NCBI RefSeq assembly: GCF_032444005.1
Contig: NC_091287.1
Location: 195,362,001 to 195,426,000, forward strand
Direction of reading: 5' to 3'
DNA length: 64,000 nt
Source of the DNA: Ranitomeya imitator
Taxonomy: Eukaryota
Of the stretch, positions 58,825-64,000 are shown in pieces (positions within the stretch are counted from its first letter, which is position 1; the number at the start of each line of letters is the position of its first letter). Both the position numbers and the translations under genes were made by a program. The notes beneath the pieces were generated by a model. That model saw nothing but the letters and a program-made list of their open reading frames with translations. It had not been told where the DNA came from and ran no database searches.

Positions 58825-60419
58825 ATCAGAGTCCATATCGCACAAAATAGTTAATAAATAAGTTTTCCCACATGTCAACTTTACATCAGCATAATTTGGG
58901 AAACATAATTTTTTGTTGTTAAGACGTTATAAGGCTATGTGCACACGTTCAGGATTTCTCGCAGAAAATTCCTGAGATAAAACGGACATTTTCTGCAAGA
59001 AAACCGTATGTATTTTTGCCGCGTTTTTTTCCGGACACTTCCCAAAGCATTTTGTAGTGGGAAATCCGCAAAAAAAAAAAAATTAATGAACATGCTGAGT
59101 TTTTTTCCGCGATGCGTTTTTTTCGCGGAAAAAAAGCGCATGTGCACAAAACATGCGGAATTCATTATAAATTATGGGATGCTTATTGTATGCATTTTTT
59201 TTAGCGGTTTTATAGCATTTTTATCGGGGGGGGAGAAGGGGGACGCAACGTGTGCACACAGCCTTAAAGTTAAAAGTTGACCAGCGGTTTCTAATTTTTC
59301 CAACAGGATTTACAAAACCAATTTTTAGGGACCATCTCACATGTGAAGTGACTTTGAAGGGTCCATATAACAGAAAACACAATTCTAAAAACTGCACCCC
59401 TCAAGGTGCGCAAAACCACATTCAAGAAGTTTATTAACCCTTCAGGTGCTTCATGAGAACTAAAGCAATGTGGAAGGAAAAATTAACATTTTACTTTTTT
59501 CACAAAATTACTTTGGAACCAATTTTTTTTTATTTTCACAAGGGTATCATGAGAAATTGGACCACACAATTTGTTGTGCAATTTCCCCCGAGTACATCGA
59601 AACTCCGTATGTGGGGGAAAGTCACTGTTTGGGTTCATGGCAGGGCTCAGAAGGGAGGGACCATCGTTTAACTTTTTGAACGCAAAATTGGCTGGAATCC
59701 ATTGTGGTTCCATGTCACGTTTGAAGACCCCCTGATGTACCTAAACAGTGGAACCCCCCCCCCCCCAACCCTAACCCCAACACGCCCCTAATCCCAAACC
59801 TAACTTTAGCCCAGCCTCCACCTTAACCCTAACTGCAAAGAATGGAGAACAAATACTTCATTTATTTTATTACTTTTACCTAACTAAGGGGGTGATAAAA
59901 AAGATTTGATTTACCTTTTTTTTTTTTAATCAATGTGGTAGGGTCTAGCACAGTGTTCAACATGAACCAATAGGAAAAATGTCCTATTGTTGCCGGCCAG
60001 CAGATCTCGGCGGGCGAACTGCGCATACACCCGCCATTTTCTCCCCGAAGAAAACGCCGGGGAATTTCATGGGGGGGTTGCAGGGACAACGGATGTACCA
60101 GGAGGGGATCGAAGGACCCCATTTCTTTCCTCTGATGTGCAATCACATCAGAAGAGAGAGAAATTAAATGCGAAATCAGACTTTTTTTTGCATGCGCCGT
60201 TATTCCGATAATAACGGCGATCACAACACTGCAGTCGGTAAAAACTGACCAGAATCATGTTCTCTGGGGACACAGCTACCCCCTGTAGCAGAGACGCCGA
60301 AGAAATTCCGACTCTGGGGGGCGCTATACACTTAGTTCTCAGCGCCATTAAAAGCGGCGCTGAGGCATAAGTACCCTTAACTGCCACCGTTAAAAGGCGT
60401 ATTGGCGGTCGTTAAGGGG
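58825..60419 (-). mobile_element. piggyBac-like element with one internal unit and a nested Harbinger MITE (58933-59263)
   Basis: Ends GGTCGTTAAGGGG+TTAA (60420-23). CCCTAA-like tract at about 59765-59835. Confidence 0.72.
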
Positions 60420-60423
60420 TTAA

Positions 60424-60501
60424 AAAGCCCGCCTACTCTGTACTCATTACCTGTACTAATTGAACCCGTTTGAACTTATTACCTGTATAAAAGACATCTG
60501 T

Positions 60502-60535
<34 letters not shown>

Positions 60536-61733
60536 AATCTCACACCAACCTCTCCACCTAAGGACACCAGGGACAAAATTGTAGATCTGCACCAAGCAGA
60601 GATGGGCTATAGGACAATAGTCAAGCAGTTTGGTGAAAAGGCAACAACTGTTGACAGAATTATTAGAAAATAGAAGGAACACTAGATGACTGTCAATCTT
60701 TCTTGGTCTGGGGCTTCATGCAAGATCTTGCCTTGTGGGGTACAGATAATTTTGAGAGAGGTCAGGAGTCAGCCCAGAACTACAAGGGAGGACCTGGTCA
60801 ATGAACTAAAGAGAGCTGGGACCACAATCTCAAACATTACCGTTCGTAACGCACTATGCAATCATGGATTAAAATCCTGCAGGGCAAGCAAAGTTCCCAT
60901 GCTCGCCAGCACATGTCAAGGCCCCATTGAAGTTCGCCAGTGACTATCTCTACGAGGTATGGGAGAAGGTAATGTGGTCAGATGGGACCAAAATAGAACT
61001 TTTTTGTATCACCTCTACCTGCCATATTTGAAGGAAGAAGGATGAGTACAAATCCAAGAACACTGTCCCAACCCTGAAGCATGGTGTGGGGAAAAATCAT
61101 ACTTTGGGGGGTGCTTATCTGCGAAGGTGACTGGACGACTGCACCGTATTGAAGGGTGGATGGATGGGGGCATGTATTGTGAGATTTTGGCCAACAACCT
61201 TCTTCCCTCAGTAAGCGCATTGAAGATGGTTCGTGGCTGGGTCTTCCAGCATGACAATGACCCGAAAGACTCAGCCAGGGCAACTAAGAGTGGGTGTGTA
61301 AGAAGCATGGTCCTGGAGTGCCTAGCAAGTCTTAAGGCCTGAACCCAATAGAAACTGGAGGGAGCTGAACTCAGTTTGCCAGGGACAGCTCTGAAACCTG
61401 AATGATCTAGAGAAAATCTGTATGGAGGAGTGGGCCAAAACTTCTATTGCTGTATACGCAAATTATTTCAAGAGCTACAGAAAACGTCTGACCTCTGTAA
61501 TTGCAAACAGAGGTTTCTCTATCAAATATTTAAGTTCCGTATCAAAGACTTATTTGATACAATAAAACGCTAATTAATTATGTAAAAATCATTCAATGTG
61601 ATTTTCTGGATTTCTTTTTAAGATTCTGTCTCAGTTGAAGTATTCCTACAATAAAAATTACAGACTAATCCATTCTTTGTAGGTGGGAAACTTGCATAGT
61701 CAGCAGTATATAAATTACTTATTTTCCCCACTC
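60424..61733 (+). mobile_element. Tc1-like (Passport/Eagle-type) remnant with (CA)n at 60503-60533
   Basis: [11 protein letters not shown] and [19 protein letters not shown] regions; [11 protein letters not shown]. Ends TTATTTTCCCCACT. Many stops. Confidence 0.82.
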
Positions 61734-61819
61734 TGTGCAGCGTTGGAATGGAGTACCTTGGGCTCACCAGTAAAAATCATTCTTGGGGCCCACCCTGCGG
61801 TTATCTAAAAATACCACAC

Positions 61820-61965
61820 GGGACACATCCTCTATACACTACACCACACAGGAGAGCGGACAGATCCTCTATATACTACACAGGACACATCCTCTATATA
61901 CTACACCATACAGCAGAGCTGATAGATCCTCTATATACTACAACACACAGGAGAGCTGACAGGTC
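61820..61965. repeat. Short degenerate tandem repeat (ATCCTCTATATACTACA core, four copies)
   Basis: Directly visible. Confidence 0.7.
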
Positions 61966-62058
61966 TTCTACCACCGGGTGACGCTCATAGCAATCCACCA
62001 GTGACGACCATAGAGGTCTCTGGTTGTCATTCCAACGCATTGGTGCCCCACAATCACT

Positions 62059-62130
62059 AGTGATGAGCGAGTATATTCGTTGCTCGGGTTTTCCGGAGCA
62101 CGCTCGGGTGGTCCCCGAGTATTTGTGACT
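62059..62130 (+). mobile_element. hAT-type MITE terminal fragment
   Basis: TAGTGATGAGCGAG start followed by GCTCGGGT/CCGAG subterminal motifs. Confidence 0.5.
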
Positions 62131-62574
62131 AAGTAAACTGCAGGCATTGTCAGGTTGTTGGTGTTAAACTGATTACAATGATACCTTCGGTGAAGAAATC
62201 TGCCTTGTTTCTTGTGTAATCCGTGTCAGAAGTTTTCAGTTCTTGAGATGCTCATGCTCTGGGTTGTGACTGTAGGTAGTCTTATCTTCTGCTCTAAGCC
62301 AGAGAAACCAGGGAAAGACCTGCCCACAGGCCGCTCTGAAGCAAAACAGTCCATCTCTTTCTTTCTCTATGATGAGGAACATGTTTGTGCTTTTCAAAAT
62401 CAGTTTGAAAATGGCTCCTGCGCAGTAGCAGTTATCGGAGATCGGATATCTGCTACTATGCAGGTTGTGCCATCATGCTAGAGGAAAAACAATTCCTCCA
62501 AGAATGGCATGCGCAGTAGCAGCTATCCGATCTCCGATAGCTGCTACTGCGCAAGAGCGGCTGGCGCCATCTTC

Positions 62575-62618
<44 letters not shown>

Positions 62619-64000
62619 GTTGGCAAACTATTGAAAAAAAATATTTTAGTGTAAAAATTGTAAAACAAAATGGAACTATATAAATCTGGGGGTTGGAGGA
62701 ATAACGATTTTATGAATCTTTATTCACTGACACCCAAACAAAAAAAGCAATTGAAGTAAGTTAAGCAATCCAAAATGGTACAGAGAAAAAAATCAACTCA
62801 TCCTGCAAAAAATAATTCTCATCTCTGCTCATTCAGTAGAAAAATAAGTTATAGCTGTCAAAATATGGCGATTAAATAACTTTTTTTTTTTTTTTTTTTT
62901 AATCCACATTTTACCGTGTAAAAATAGCAAATTGTGAAAATACTTTGTCCCTGAAATTGTACTGAATTGTAGAATAAAGTAGTCTATTCATGTTTACTGC
63001 GTGGTAAACCGCATAAAATAGCGCAAAAAGATTAAAGGTGATTTCTAAACTACTTTTTATTTATTTCACTCAAAAATGTTTTTCCCTATTATGGAAAAAC
63101 TATAAATAATTCAGCTCACCACTATGACGACCGTTTCAGACACTCCAGCATGGAAGTAATAGGTGTAACATCTGTCTTTATGCGCCAAAGAAAAATATAG
63201 TTGATATTCATGCCACCTCAAGGTGAAATATCAGGATGCTGTTCCAATTTGGTGATAACAGCTGAATTTGATTGAGATTGATCTCAGTAGCCAGAGTGAA
63301 TCCACTGAGATCTCCCATTATCCTCCAAGCAGAATAGATCAGAAAAGTCAATGGCCGTTCATCATAAGGTGGAGGGAAAAATATTTATCCTTGTTCTTCC
63401 TTTTCATAATTTTATTCAAAGGTTTTTATTATATTATCTTGTATATTTGCTACTGTCAATCTTTAGGCTATGTTTACAAGTTGCGTTCTTGCATAGTTTT
63501 TTCACCCATAGAAAGCAATTAGTAAGTGCAAAAAAAGCAGCAAAAACAAATTACCATCAGTTTTTGCTGCGTTTTTAGTGAAAAGAAAGCGGGTACAGCA
63601 GGATATGTAACCCATTTTGGGGATTTTTCTCAAGTTTAAACCAAAATGTCTTGGTTTCCTCGCATGAGTTATGGCTGTTAGTACGATATAGTTAAATGTG
63701 TTAAAGTTTAAAAAAAAAACCTGACCCATGTGTGAAGTTGAACAATTCCTGACCAATTCAATGTGAGGAATGTGTGAAAGTAAACAGTGGCAAGAAGTAT
63801 GCAGCCCTGTGCTGCGTACACAAACGCTAATGTCAACCCATCCTAAAGGTACCGTCACATTAAGCGACGCTGCAGCGATATAGACAATGATGTTGATCGC
63901 TGCAGCGTCGCTGTTAGGTCGCTGGAGAGCTGTCACACAGACAGCTCTCCAACGATGCTGAAGTCCCCGGGTAACCAGGGTAAACATCGGGTTACTAAGC

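Overview
This is eukaryotic, repeat-saturated DNA with four N gaps. The repeat families look anuran, probably a large-genome frog (inference). The only host-gene sequence I can recognise is one 186-bp coding exon of CCT5 (49454-49639, +), so the rest is most likely greatly expanded CCT5 intron filled with nested transposons. The main nest spans 3.9-19.6 kb. It contains an intact Tigger/pogo transposon and, 19 bp away, a 13.2-kb two-gene PIF/Harbinger element. That element has a split, dead transposase and a convergent, apparently intact five-exon 499-aa MADF/Myb-SANT gene, and a full-length L1-clade LINE with two open ORFs and a 16-bp TSD is inserted in the transposase. The window also holds Tc1 remnants, L1/L2/CR1 fragments, a tRNA-derived SINE, hAT, Kolobok/T2 and Harbinger MITEs, and large non-autonomous piggyBac-like elements carrying ~390-bp tandem units and TTAGGG-like arrays. 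The most unusual item is a Penelope-like fold-back insertion (27080-28872) with minimal hammerhead-ribozyme motifs: intact on the strand antisense to CCT5, and mutated at two core positions on the CCT5 sense strand.
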